A DNA stretch of 64,000 nt from an uncultured bacterium (lineage in GTDB: Bacteria; Acidobacteriota; Thermoanaerobaculia; Multivoradales; JAHZIX01), in contig CBDUPA010000001.1 of NCBI GenBank assembly GCA_965368975.1, forward strand, positions 640,001 to 704,000, read 5' to 3'. Numbering within the stretch: position 1 is the stretch's first letter; each line of letters begins with the position of its first letter. The notes beneath the pieces are model-generated. The model was not told where the DNA came from, ran no database searches, and worked only from the letters and a program-made list of their open reading frames with translations. A program made the translations under genes and the position numbers. Shown here piece after piece: positions 28,121-37,469 of this stretch.

Positions 28121-30985
28121 CTAGCCGGGGCAGAACTCGCCATAGGCCACACAGCTGAGAGCGGCAGCTTCACCGGTACGCCCCTGCTCTACCAGGAAGC
28201 CAGCAAGGGCCAGAGTCGCCTCACGGACGGCGTCGGAGGTTGGTGTCATCGTGGCACGGCAGAGGTCGAGCGCGCGCCGGTAGAGGGACTCGGCGGCATC
28301 CAGGTCGCCGCGGCGGTCGAGCATGCCGGCCAGCAGGAGCAGAGGCTCGGTGAGCGGCGTGCCGTGTGGACCGAAAATCGATTCGAAATGCTCGACGCTG
28401 CGGCGCAAGGGGGCTTCGGCCTCAGCGTCTCGACCCTGGGCCAGCAGGGCCTGGCCGAGAGAATAGAGAGTGTAGCCGTGCTGCTGGTGTGACGGTTCCA
28501 GGATCTCGTGTTGCAGCCGCTGTAGCTCGCGCAACTCCTGCTCGGCGCCCTGCGGGTCGCCCTGCTCGAGGCGGAAGGTGGCGAGGTTGTAGCGAATGCG
28601 CGTGCTGTCGGCGGACGGACGTCCGCCGAGGGTGGCTTCAGTTGTGATCAGGGCTTGGCGCAGCAGGCGCGTCGCTTCTTCGACGTCACCCTGTTGGTAA
28701 AGGCTGATCGCCAGGTTCTGGCGCTCGCTGGCGACTGCCAGGCTGTCCGGACCAAAGCGCAGCTCCAGGACGCGCAGTGCCTCGCGGAAGAGCGGCGCCG
28801 CCGCCACGTGGTCGCCCTGCATGCCGTAGCTGCGCGCCAGGTCGGCAGCCGCGTAGGCGACCAGCGTGTGGTCCGGTCCGCCAACGCGGCGCGTCATCTC
28901 TAGCGCTCGCTGCAGGAAGCCGCGGGCGGTGTCAGTCTCGCCCTGGGCTTGCCGGAAGCCGGCCAGGCGCGAGAGCACCCAGGCATGCTCGAAAGAGTCA
29001 CCATCGCCGAGTGCCACGTGCACTTCACGGGCCGCTTCCAACTCACCTTCGGCGTCCTCGTAGCGCCCCTGGTACAAGAGCAGGTTGGCCAGCCCGGCGT
29101 GGCCGATAGCGACCTGGGTATGCGCGTGGCCGTAGAGCTGCTGGTAGAGGGCGAGGGACTGGCGCAGCGGAGCCTCAGCCGCGTCCAGGCGCCGCATACC
29201 GACGTACAGATCACCCAGGGCACGCAGGCTCTCGGCGATTTCCTGTGGCTCGCCTGCCGCCTGCTGACGTAGCTCCAACGCTTCTACCAGCAGCGGCTGG
29301 GCGCGTTCGAAGAGCTCCAGGCGTCGATAGATCTCGCCCGTGATGTGCTGCATCTTGGCCTGCACCAAGGGTTGGCCAGGGAAGGCATCCGCTTGCAGCT
29401 TGGCGACACCTTGATCCAAGAGCTCGCGCGCCGTCAGGTCGAGTTCGGGCTGCGACATGTAGGGATCTGAGCCCCACAGCAGGCCGCTCAGGAACAGCGC
29501 GACTTGCTCGGTTTCCTGGCGCTTGCGCTCGGCCCGTTCGGCTTGCTGGCGTGTCTGGTCGCGCTCGCGGGCCAGACGCCAGGTGAAGGCGCTGAGCAGG
29601 GCCGCGAGGGTCGTCAGCGCCAGCACGGTTGCGGCCACCGCCGCCCGGTGCCGGCGTACGAACTTGCCCAGCCGATAGCGCAGAGTATCCGGCTGGGCCG
29701 AGACAGGCATGCCATTCAGGTAGCGGTGCAAGTCGAGGCGCAGCTGCTCGACGGAGCCGTAGCGCCGCTCCGGTTCCTTGTGCAGCGCCTTGAGCACGAT
29801 GGTGTCGAGATCACCCCGAATGGCATAGGTTCTCGATCCGGGCGCGGAAGCGCTAGCCAGCGCACTGGGGCGCACCGGTTGCTCTTGGCAGACCTTGCGC
29901 TCGGCCTCGGCGGCGCTCAGACCGGAGAGCCGGTAGGGCCGGCAGCCGGCGATCAGCTCATAGGCGATCAGGCCTAACTGGTAGACGTCCGAAGCGACCG
30001 TGATCACCTCGCCGCGCACCTGCTCCGGACTGGCGTACTGCGGCGTCAGGAAGTGGCCGGCGGTGATCGGTGCCGCTCGGCCGTGAGCGTCACCGATCGC
30101 CGAGGCCCGGTCCGCATCGAGCAGCTTGGCGATCCCGAAGTCGAGTAGCTTGACCGCACCCTCGCGGGTGACCAGGATGTTCGAGGGTTTGAGGTCGCGG
30201 TGTACGATCAGCTGTCGGTGCGCCGCCTCGACCGCGCCGCACACCTCGACCAGCAGTTCGACGCGCTGGCGCAGGTTCAGGCCGTCTTGCTCGCAGTACT
30301 CGTCGAGCGGTACGCCGTCGACGTACTCCATTACCAGGTAGGGCATGACCAAGGCTGGCATCTTTCTGCGGGGCTGCCCGTCCCCGTCGACCGCGTCACT
30401 GACGCCGCCGTCGATCAAGCGGGCGATGCGCGGGTGCTCCAGGTCAGCCAGGATCTGGCGCTCGCGGCGGAAACGGTCGAGTGCCGCGTCGTCGGCCCAG
30501 CTGGTCATCACTTTCAGCGCCACTTGCTGTTCGAACGCACCGTCGGCGCGCTCGGCCAAGAAGACAACACCCATGCCGCCGCGGCCGATCTCTCGCAGCA
30601 ACCGGTAGCGTCCGATCTCGCGGCCGGGCTGCAGACCGCTTTGTTCCAACGGCGGCCGGGCGTTGGCGTAGACCTCGGGTTGGCGCAGATCCTCCAGCAA
30701 GCCCGCGCCAGCAGCGCCTCCCGGACGCAGTAGCGGATCCGTCTGCTCGGCGCTGTCGAGCAGTGCCTGCACCTGCTGGAACAGTTGCAGATCTTCGCCG
30801 CAAGCTTGGGCCAGGTGCCGCCGCCGCTGCTCGGGCGGCACGTCCAGCAGCTGACAGAACAAGTCGTCGACGCGGGCCGTCGCGGCGGCAGGTGCCTTCG
30901 CGGTCGGTGCAGTTGCGGTCGGTGCGGTTACGGTCGGTACGGTCGCGGTCGGTGCCGTCGTTGTGGATCGTGCGTGAGGCTTCAT
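28121..30985 (-). CDS. Hanks-type Ser/Thr kinase with TM helix and extracytoplasmic TPR array
   Basis: IGRGGMGVV, VALK, HRDLKPSN, DFG, TPQYASPE, DVYQLG; TM helix then TPR repeats. Confidence 0.95.
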   Translation of the reverse strand: MKPHARSTTTAPTATVPTVTAPTATAPTAKAPAAATARVDDLFCQLLDVPPEQRRRHLAQACGEDLQLFQQVQALLDSAEQTDPLLRPGGAAGAGLLEDLRQPEVYANARPPLEQSGLQPGREIGRYRLLREIGRGGMGVVFLAERADGAFEQQVALKVMTSWADDAALDRFRRERQILADLEHPRIARLIDGGVSDAVDGDGQPRRKMPALVMPYLVMEYVDGVPLDEYCEQDGLNLRQRVELLVEVCGAVEAAHRQLIVHRDLKPSNILVTREGAVKLLDFGIAKLLDADRASAIGDAHGRAAPITAGHFLTPQYASPEQVRGEVITVASDVYQLGLIAYELIAGCRPYRLSGLSAAEAERKVCQEQPVRPSALASASAPGSRTYAIRGDLDTIVLKALHKEPERRYGSVEQLRLDLHRYLNGMPVSAQPDTLRYRLGKFVRRHRAAVAATVLALTTLAALLSAFTWRLARERDQTRQQAERAERKRQETEQVALFLSGLLWGSDPYMSQPELDLTARELLDQGVAKLQADAFPGQPLVQAKMQHITGEIYRRLELFERAQPLLVEALELRQQAAGEPQEIAESLRALGDLYVGMRRLDAAEAPLRQSLALYQQLYGHAHTQVAIGHAGLANLLLYQGRYEDAEGELEAAREVHVALGDGDSFEHAWVLSRLAGFRQAQGETDTARGFLQRALEMTRRVGGPDHTLVAYAAADLARSYGMQGDHVAAAPLFREALRVLELRFGPDSLAVASERQNLAISLYQQGDVEEATRLLRQALITTEATLGGRPSADSTRIRYNLATFRLEQGDPQGAEQELRELQRLQHEILEPSHQQHGYTLYSLGQALLAQGRDAEAEAPLRRSVEHFESIFGPHGTPLTEPLLLLAGMLDRRGDLDAAESLYRRALDLCRATMTPTSDAVREATLALAGFLVEQGRTGEAAALSCVAYGEFCPG

Positions 30986-31221
30986 GTCGAACTCCTGGAC
31001 GTGAGCCCCACGTCCGCGGGGCCTCAGGAAGACTTTCGAGATGACACGGGCGCCTCTGACGGTTTGCCGTACGGAGCTCCAGCAGGTCAACCGGGTTCTA
31101 ATCGAGAATGATGTATAGTTGGCGCTTCGTGAAGTCGCGCAAGTTCATTGAAGTGACTTTGAGAGTTGATGGAATTTCATGCAGTGCAATGTTTCTGCGG
31201 GGAGTCAACCTAGGAGGAAGG

Positions 31222-32235
31222 ATGCAGAAACTGGCGATTGTGATCTGCTACTTTGGGTCTTGGCCGAGGTGGATGCACCTGTTCATGGAGAGTTGTCGTC
31301 TCAATCCGACGGTCGACTTTGTCCTGGTGACCGACTGCGGAGCTTGCGACTCGAGCTGCGACAATGTCAAGAGGATCGAGATGACGCTGGCGAGCTTCCA
31401 GGAGCTTGCCGTCGAGCGCCTCGGGATCGAGCTCGAGATCGCAGATCCCTACAAGCTGTCGGACTACAAGCCCTTTTATGGTGTCCTCTTCGAGGAGGTT
31501 CTGCGAGGCTATGACTTCTGGGCCTATGCGGATCTGGATGTGATCTACGGCGACATTCGGAGCTTTCTCACCGACGACGTGCTCCACCGATACGATGTGA
31601 TTTCCAGTCGCCCCGAATTCACCGCGGGACACTTCACTCTGTGGCGCAATACCCCTGAGCTGAGCCGCCTCTTCGAGCAGAGCAAGAACTGGCGCCGCGT
31701 TCTTCAGTTGCCGAATGTCTGCAGCTTCGGTGAGTGCGGCAAAGGGTTGCAGGGCCCTCTGATCTATGGCCACAGCTGGGAGAAGGTAGCTCCGATGACG
31801 GAAGTCGACAGCATCATGCATGTGCTCGACCGCAATCCGGACATTCGGGTCTTGAAGACGATGCTGTGTGAAGAGCAGATCGATCTGTCCCGCCGCTACT
31901 GGGACAAGCTGAGTTGGGAGATGCGCTGGGACAAAGGCAAGATGGTCGACGTCCAGACGTCACGCGAGGTGATGTACTTCCATCTCCAGTTCTGCAAGGC
32001 GCTGCCGTCCTTCTTTGTGCCTCCCTGGGACGAGGTTCCTGAGACCTACCGCTTGACGCGCAATGGAGCGGCCCGCGTGACACCGGATTTGCTCGTCACC
32101 CGCCTGCAGCTACTCGGTCAACGCAGCTGCTTCTATGCGAAGACGGTCTTCAAGATGTCTCGGCGATTCGTCGGGCGACTGTGGGAGCGGCTGCCCGTCG
32201 GGAGGAGCGCCCCCGTGCGGCCGGCGCAAGCCTGA
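31222..32235 (+). CDS. DUF6625-like protein (putative glycosyltransferase-related)
   Basis: AGGAGG RBS; ICYFGSWP..SCRLNP, PYKLSDYKPFYG, YDFWAYADLDVIYG (DxD), GHFTL, YFHLQ. Confidence 0.8.
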   Translation: MQKLAIVICYFGSWPRWMHLFMESCRLNPTVDFVLVTDCGACDSSCDNVKRIEMTLASFQELAVERLGIELEIADPYKLSDYKPFYGVLFEEVLRGYDFWAYADLDVIYGDIRSFLTDDVLHRYDVISSRPEFTAGHFTLWRNTPELSRLFEQSKNWRRVLQLPNVCSFGECGKGLQGPLIYGHSWEKVAPMTEVDSIMHVLDRNPDIRVLKTMLCEEQIDLSRRYWDKLSWEMRWDKGKMVDVQTSREVMYFHLQFCKALPSFFVPPWDEVPETYRLTRNGAARVTPDLLVTRLQLLGQRSCFYAKTVFKMSRRFVGRLWERLPVGRSAPVRPAQA

Positions 32236-32251
32236 GACGAGCGTTTGCGGT

Positions 32252-32968
32252 TCAACTCTCGGCAGCTGGGGCCTTCTGAGCTGGGGGCCCCAGCTTCTGC
32301 CGCAGCCAACCCTTGGCGCGCAGCCAGTCTCGGTGCACCGTACGCACCGAAACTTGTAGCGCCTCTGCCGTCTCCTCTTTCGAGTAGCCGGCAAAGAATT
32401 GACACTCGACCACCTGGCACATGCGCTCATCCAGCGCGCGCAGTTGCTCCAGCGCCTGATCGACCGCCAGCACGTTCGCTGCGTGCTCCTCATGGGCTAC
32501 CAGTGACCGCGTTAGCTGATCCTCTGCGATCCGGGCCTCCTCCAGCGGCTCGGGCCGCTGTCCGGCGCCCTTCTTCAGGCTCAATCTCCGCCGTGCGGCA
32601 TCCACCAAGATGTGCCGCATCGCCTTGGCGGACGCGGCCAGGAAGTGGGCTCGATCTTTCCAGCCCTTCTGCTGGTGCGCGAGTTTGACGAACGCTTCGT
32701 GCACCAAGCCGGTGGTGTTCAGCGTCTCCCACGGCTTCAAGCGCCGCAGCTCGAAGTGGGCCAGCCGCCGTAGATCCTGGTAGAGGAGAGCTACCGCCTG
32801 ATCTAGCGCGGATGCATCGCCACCTCGGTGCGCGTCCAGGAGGCGCGTGATCGAGCTGCCGGTCGTCTGAAAGGGCAGAGATGTCTGAGAGGGCGAAGAC
32901 TCGCTACCGGCGGGGGAGCCAGCCGAGAGGTCACGAGGCCGGGGGGATTCAGGAGGAGGCTTGGACAT
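32252..32968 (-). CDS. ECF sigma factor, kinase-associated (TIGR02999/ECF43-like)
   Basis: ITRLL..LYQDLRRLA..TLNTTGLVHEAF..DRAHFL..MRHILVDAARRR..FFAG..SVRTVHRDW. Confidence 0.92.
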   Translation of the reverse strand: MSKPPPESPRPRDLSAGSPAGSESSPSQTSLPFQTTGSSITRLLDAHRGGDASALDQAVALLYQDLRRLAHFELRRLKPWETLNTTGLVHEAFVKLAHQQKGWKDRAHFLAASAKAMRHILVDAARRRLSLKKGAGQRPEPLEEARIAEDQLTRSLVAHEEHAANVLAVDQALEQLRALDERMCQVVECQFFAGYSKEETAEALQVSVRTVHRDWLRAKGWLRQKLGPPAQKAPAAES

Positions 32969-33025
32969 TGCGCCTGGAGTCTCGTCCCGTCGGATTCGGT
33001 AGCACGGGTCGTGCGGGACAGTACG

Positions 33026-34141
33026 TCAGCCGCGACCGCGTATCGCCTTGAAGCCGACGAGCTTGCCGGCCTCTTCATCCCACAGCTTGAGCCCGGCACA
33101 CTTCAGGCTCTCGAGCAAGGTAAACCTGGTCACGTGCTGGAGTTCCGGGTTCTCTTCCATGCAGCGCTTCAGGTAGTAGTTGGGGATGCGGCTCGAGAGG
33201 TGGTGGATGTGATGGTAGCCGATGTTGCCGGTAAACCAGTGCATCACCGGGTGCAGGTCGAAGAACGAGCTTCCTTCGGCGCCGGCGCGGTGGAAATCCC
33301 ATTCCGGGTGGCGTTCCCAGTAGGTGTCCTCGAACTGGTGCTGGACGTAGAACAGCCAGATGCCGAAGGCGCCGCCGATCAGCACGATCGGGCCGTGCAC
33401 CATGAGGCCAGCCTGCAGGCCGATGGTGAAGTACATCACGGTGCCCGCGGCCACCAGCGCCACATTGGTCCACAGCACGCTGCTCCATTCCTTCTTCCAC
33501 TTGAAAGGGATGTCGAGCGGCAGGCGGTGCTTGATCACGAACTGAAAGAGCGGGCCGATGGCCAACAGAACGAACATGTTCCGGTACAGCCGGTAGCCCA
33601 GGCGTCCCATGGGGCTGCGGGCGAGGTACTCGTTCACCGTCAAGGTGCGGATGTCGCCGTACTCCCGGTGATCGAGATCACCAGCGGTGGCGTGATGGAT
33701 GGCATGCGTGCGGCGCCAGTACTGGTAGGGGAAGAAGGTGATCACGCCGAGCACGAAGCCGACCGCATTGTTGAGCCGGGCGGACGGGAAGAAGGCACCG
33801 TGGCCGCAATCGTGCTGGAAGATGAACAGCCGCGTATAGAGGCCGGCCGCGGGTAGCGCCAGCAGCAGCGTCAACCAGTAGCTGACACCTAGGCTGAGGT
33901 ACATCAGCCACCAGTTGGCCGCGAACAGCGCCAGAGTGCTGCCCAGCTGCCAGCTGGCAGGTCCCCAGGCTGCCTTCTTGTAAGGGCCGAGGATCTGAGC
34001 CCAGGTCCGCGCCGTGGTCGGTGCCTCGGCGGTGCTTTGGCGAGCTGTTGGAGCGCTGGGGGCCTTACCGGCCGGGCCGGAAGCGATGCTGGGCCCAGCT
34101 GGCGCGACGGAAGCGGGTGTTGCAGTCAAGGTCGTGTCCAA
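33026..34141 (-). CDS. Membrane fatty acid desaturase (Des-like)
   Basis: Three His boxes HDCGH, HAIHH and HHIHH; FYVQHQF. Confidence 0.92.
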   Translation of the reverse strand: MDTTLTATPASVAPAGPSIASGPAGKAPSAPTARQSTAEAPTTARTWAQILGPYKKAAWGPASWQLGSTLALFAANWWLMYLSLGVSYWLTLLLALPAAGLYTRLFIFQHDCGHGAFFPSARLNNAVGFVLGVITFFPYQYWRRTHAIHHATAGDLDHREYGDIRTLTVNEYLARSPMGRLGYRLYRNMFVLLAIGPLFQFVIKHRLPLDIPFKWKKEWSSVLWTNVALVAAGTVMYFTIGLQAGLMVHGPIVLIGGAFGIWLFYVQHQFEDTYWERHPEWDFHRAGAEGSSFFDLHPVMHWFTGNIGYHHIHHLSSRIPNYYLKRCMEENPELQHVTRFTLLESLKCAGLKLWDEEAGKLVGFKAIRGRG

Positions 34142-34304
34142 GAGAATCCCTTCGATAGCGATGGTGGGCTGGGTACCCAGCGCGAACTTCGCACCGGCTA
34201 CAGGACTACCCTAGCCGTAATCTCTGTCGTTTTCCGTCAGGCCTTGGTCAGAAACGTCACGGACGCCCAGATTTCAGCTCCAAGAAGCCCGCGGCGCCAG
34301 GGTT

Positions 34305-35555
34305 TCAAGCAGCCGTTCGCTGGTGGGCTCGTAGCTGGTTCTCGAAGCGGCGAGCGTAGATCCGCTTCATCGCCTTCAGCTTCAGTGTCTGCCAGCGATA
34401 CCGTTTGGGGCTGAGTTCGGCACATTCTTCGGGCAGCATGACCAGGCTGACGTGGACGTTGGGGGCACAGCCGATCGGCAGGCCACGTTCCATGCAGGCC
34501 TCGTAGAGGCGGCGAAAGACCGGCACGATGTCCTCGGTGCGCGGGGGTTCGCGATCTTCCAGGTCGGTCCCTTGGAGCGGGCGGAAGACGCACACTGTTG
34601 GGATGCCACCCACGGAAGTGATCCAGTCGATCGCGCGCATCGAGGACTCCGCCGGCTCCAGTCCGGCGATGATCTCGCCGTTCGACACCCAGGGCTCGTC
34701 GCGGGGGCCGCGCTTGCCGAGGTCGGCGCAGTAGCGGATCGCCTCCAGATAGTGGTCGAGGCCATACTCGCGGTGCTTGCCAGGGCAGATCTCTTCGAAC
34801 AGCTGTCGATCGAAGATCTCGAAGCAGAACGAAACCCGGTTGACGCCGATCTCGCGCAGCTGGTCGTAGCGCTTCAGGTCTCGGTGTGGTGGCGTTTGGA
34901 CCCCCACCAGCAGCCCCAATTCCTGCTTGATACGCACGATGTAGGGTTCGAGCAGATCCAGGTAGGTGTCGCCCGCGTAGTGGCCCGTGTTGAAGTCGAC
35001 ATAGGTGATCCCAGACTCTTCGCGCGCCGTCCGGATCACTTCGAGCACTTCTTCGACAGACTTGTCGTCGCTGTCGTCGACGCCCAGGTTGAGCCCCACC
35101 GAGCAGAACTTGCAGTTGACCCGCTGCGGTTTCTCGGTCCAGTACTCGCACACCTTCGCCTGGTAGATGCCGAGGTAGGTGCCTTGCAGCGTGCCGATAC
35201 GCGTCATCAGCTTGCCGGAGCTGGTCTTGGCGTCGTACCAGGCCGGACGAGGCGATAGCTGGGGCTCGGTGACGAACTCGCCGTTCCAGTTGAGCTGGTA
35301 GCGGCCATCTTGGCTGCGCTGCAACAAGTACGGGGAGTCCGCGGCGAAGAACTCGGTCACCGGGGCGTTGGTCCACAGACCGTCGCCGCGGCGTCGCGGC
35401 AAGATCAGCTCCAGGCCGCTGCCAAGACCGGCGCGGGTGCGCAGAATCGGCCGGCCACCGTCGTCGGTGACGTAGCAGGAGTCGTCGAGGCGTAAGCCCT
35501 TGCAGTAGAGATCGAGCTTGAGCAGGGCGGGGTTGGTGCGCAGGTCGCTGAGCAT
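34305..35555 (-). CDS. Radical SAM protein with extended CX11CX2C motif
   Basis: CEYWTEKPQRVNCKFC; RTRAGLGSG; IIAGLEP; VFRPLQGT. Resembles MSMEG_0568-type radical SAMs; substrate unknown. Confidence 0.82.
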   Translation of the reverse strand: MLSDLRTNPALLKLDLYCKGLRLDDSCYVTDDGGRPILRTRAGLGSGLELILPRRRGDGLWTNAPVTEFFAADSPYLLQRSQDGRYQLNWNGEFVTEPQLSPRPAWYDAKTSSGKLMTRIGTLQGTYLGIYQAKVCEYWTEKPQRVNCKFCSVGLNLGVDDSDDKSVEEVLEVIRTAREESGITYVDFNTGHYAGDTYLDLLEPYIVRIKQELGLLVGVQTPPHRDLKRYDQLREIGVNRVSFCFEIFDRQLFEEICPGKHREYGLDHYLEAIRYCADLGKRGPRDEPWVSNGEIIAGLEPAESSMRAIDWITSVGGIPTVCVFRPLQGTDLEDREPPRTEDIVPVFRRLYEACMERGLPIGCAPNVHVSLVMLPEECAELSPKRYRWQTLKLKAMKRIYARRFENQLRAHQRTAA

Positions 35556-35601
35556 GGGGGATCTCCTTATCGATCCGTGGCGGGCCGCACTGGCTTCTAG
35601 T

Positions 35602-37461
35602 CTACTCCTCGCGCTGTCCCTCGGGGGCCGGGTAGTCGAAGAAGAGCCGCTGGCGATCGGGCACATCCAGCACTTCGCTGCGTTGACCTCCCAGCCACAC
35701 GACCGAGACCTCGGTGGTCGTGTCTGCGCTCACGGTGCCCAGACCGAAGAGAAGTTCCGGAGCATGGCCGGACGCGAAGGAAACGTCGGCGCCCCACCAG
35801 GCGATCTGGCGCCGACCGCCGTGGACGACTTCGACGCGTGCGCCAAAGGTACGAGCCGCCGGGCCGCGCAGGCGCACGGCGAGCCAGCTGTGGTCGTGGG
35901 CCAGATCATTGCGCAGCAGCAGCGGCTGCCCGCGATTGACCGCCACCGCCAGGTCGACATCACCATCGCCGTCATAGTCCGCGGCGGCCAGGCCGCGGGC
36001 GACGTGCGGCTGGGTCAGCGCGGGGCCGGCTCGCGATGCCAGGTCGGCGAAGCCGTCGCCGGTATTCCAGAAGACGAAGAGCGGCTGCGGCACGAGTCGA
36101 GGTGGTGATGGGGCTGGTGCCCCGGTTTCCAGGGTGCTGCCGTTGGCGACCACCAGATCTCGACGCCCGTCCAGGTCGAGGTCGACGAAAGCACAACCCC
36201 AGCCGACGCGACTGGTGGAGATCTCACCCAAGCCCAGGGACCGCGTCTTGTCGCGGTACTCCAGGCCCTTGGCGCCGATCCGCAGCGCTTGGTACAGGGC
36301 GTTCTCCTGCGCGACCCAATGGGTGACGAAGAGGTCGGGCAGGCCGTCGCCGCCGGCCTCCCCGTGCGCCAGGTCGGTGACCGAGATGCCCATCGAGCCG
36401 CGGGGATCGGCGGTGCCGGTATAGGAGCTGGCATCCTCGAACAGGGCCTCGCCGAGGCGGGCGCCGAGGTTGAGCAGCAGGGCGTTGGGCGAGACGTCGT
36501 TGGCGATGTACAGGTCCAGCCAGCCGTCCCCGTCGAGGTCGACGGCGGTGGCCGCCAGGCTGCGGCCGCCGGGGTTGCTGGCGCCGCTCTCCAACGCGAC
36601 ATCCTCGAACCCTCCGGCTGGCAGCTGGCGGTAGAGGCGGTTGGGCTGGGCGCTGAAGGCATTCGGGTTGAGGCTCAGCGGAATGCCCTGCCAGTTCGGG
36701 TCGTCGCCGGTCAGCTCGCGCATCCTGGTGCCGATGTCGGTACCGATGTCGACGTAGTTGGCCACGTACAGATCGAGGAGGCCATCGCGGTCGAAGTCAC
36801 CCCAGGTGACACCGACGGACCATCGTGGGTCGTCAATGCCGAGTTCGCTGGCAACTTCTTCGAAGGTGCCGTCGCCGCGGTTGCGAAACAGGCGATTGGG
36901 GCCCCAGTTGGTGACGTAGAGGTCGAGGTCGCCGTCGTCGTCGAAATCGGCGAAGCTGGCACCCATGCCGAAGCCCAGGGGGTCGGCGGTGCCGCTGGCC
37001 CTGGTGACGTCGGTGAAGCTCGTACCATCGTTGCGGTAGAGCCGGTTCCAGTCGGTGCCACCGTCAGCGTTGGCCTGGCCGGCGGCATCTGGGCTTTGTA
37101 GCTTCGGATCCCCGGGGAAGTTGACCACGTAGAGATCGAAGTCGCCGTCGCCGTCGATGTCGCCCCAGGCCAGACCGGAGCCGGTATCTTCCGGCAGAAT
37201 GCGGCTGCGCTCGCCGGCGCCGTGCCGCATCCGGATCGCGAGTTCGGCGGCGGCATCGTGAAAGGTCAGCGCCGGCGCGTCGTCTGGGATCTCGGCCACG
37301 GACGAGACGGTCACCGCGTCGCGCGTGTCCAGCAATTCGGCCTGCCGGGCCTGTTGCAGCCAGTAGCCGCCCAACGCCACCACGGCCAGGCCGGCTGCGC
37401 TCAGTGCGAGCGAGAACCGGATGCGCCGCTGGCGGCGGCTGAGCGCGGGGCGGGGCGACAC
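35602..37461 (-). CDS. CRTAC1-like FG-GAP repeat protein with ASPIC/UnbV domain, membrane-anchored
   Basis: Repeated D-x-D-G-D-G-x-x-D-L-Y-V blades, NRLYRN, RGLAAADYDGDGDVD, and C-terminal LLFGLG..V.W. Start GTG 37461 is uncertain. Confidence 0.88.
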   Translation of the reverse strand: MSPRPALSRRQRRIRFSLALSAAGLAVVALGGYWLQQARQAELLDTRDAVTVSSVAEIPDDAPALTFHDAAAELAIRMRHGAGERSRILPEDTGSGLAWGDIDGDGDFDLYVVNFPGDPKLQSPDAAGQANADGGTDWNRLYRNDGTSFTDVTRASGTADPLGFGMGASFADFDDDGDLDLYVTNWGPNRLFRNRGDGTFEEVASELGIDDPRWSVGVTWGDFDRDGLLDLYVANYVDIGTDIGTRMRELTGDDPNWQGIPLSLNPNAFSAQPNRLYRQLPAGGFEDVALESGASNPGGRSLAATAVDLDGDGWLDLYIANDVSPNALLLNLGARLGEALFEDASSYTGTADPRGSMGISVTDLAHGEAGGDGLPDLFVTHWVAQENALYQALRIGAKGLEYRDKTRSLGLGEISTSRVGWGCAFVDLDLDGRRDLVVANGSTLETGAPAPSPPRLVPQPLFVFWNTGDGFADLASRAGPALTQPHVARGLAAADYDGDGDVDLAVAVNRGQPLLLRNDLAHDHSWLAVRLRGPAARTFGARVEVVHGGRRQIAWWGADVSFASGHAPELLFGLGTVSADTTTEVSVVWLGGQRSEVLDVPDRQRLFFDYPAPEGQREE

Positions 37462-37469
37462 CGGTGCCC

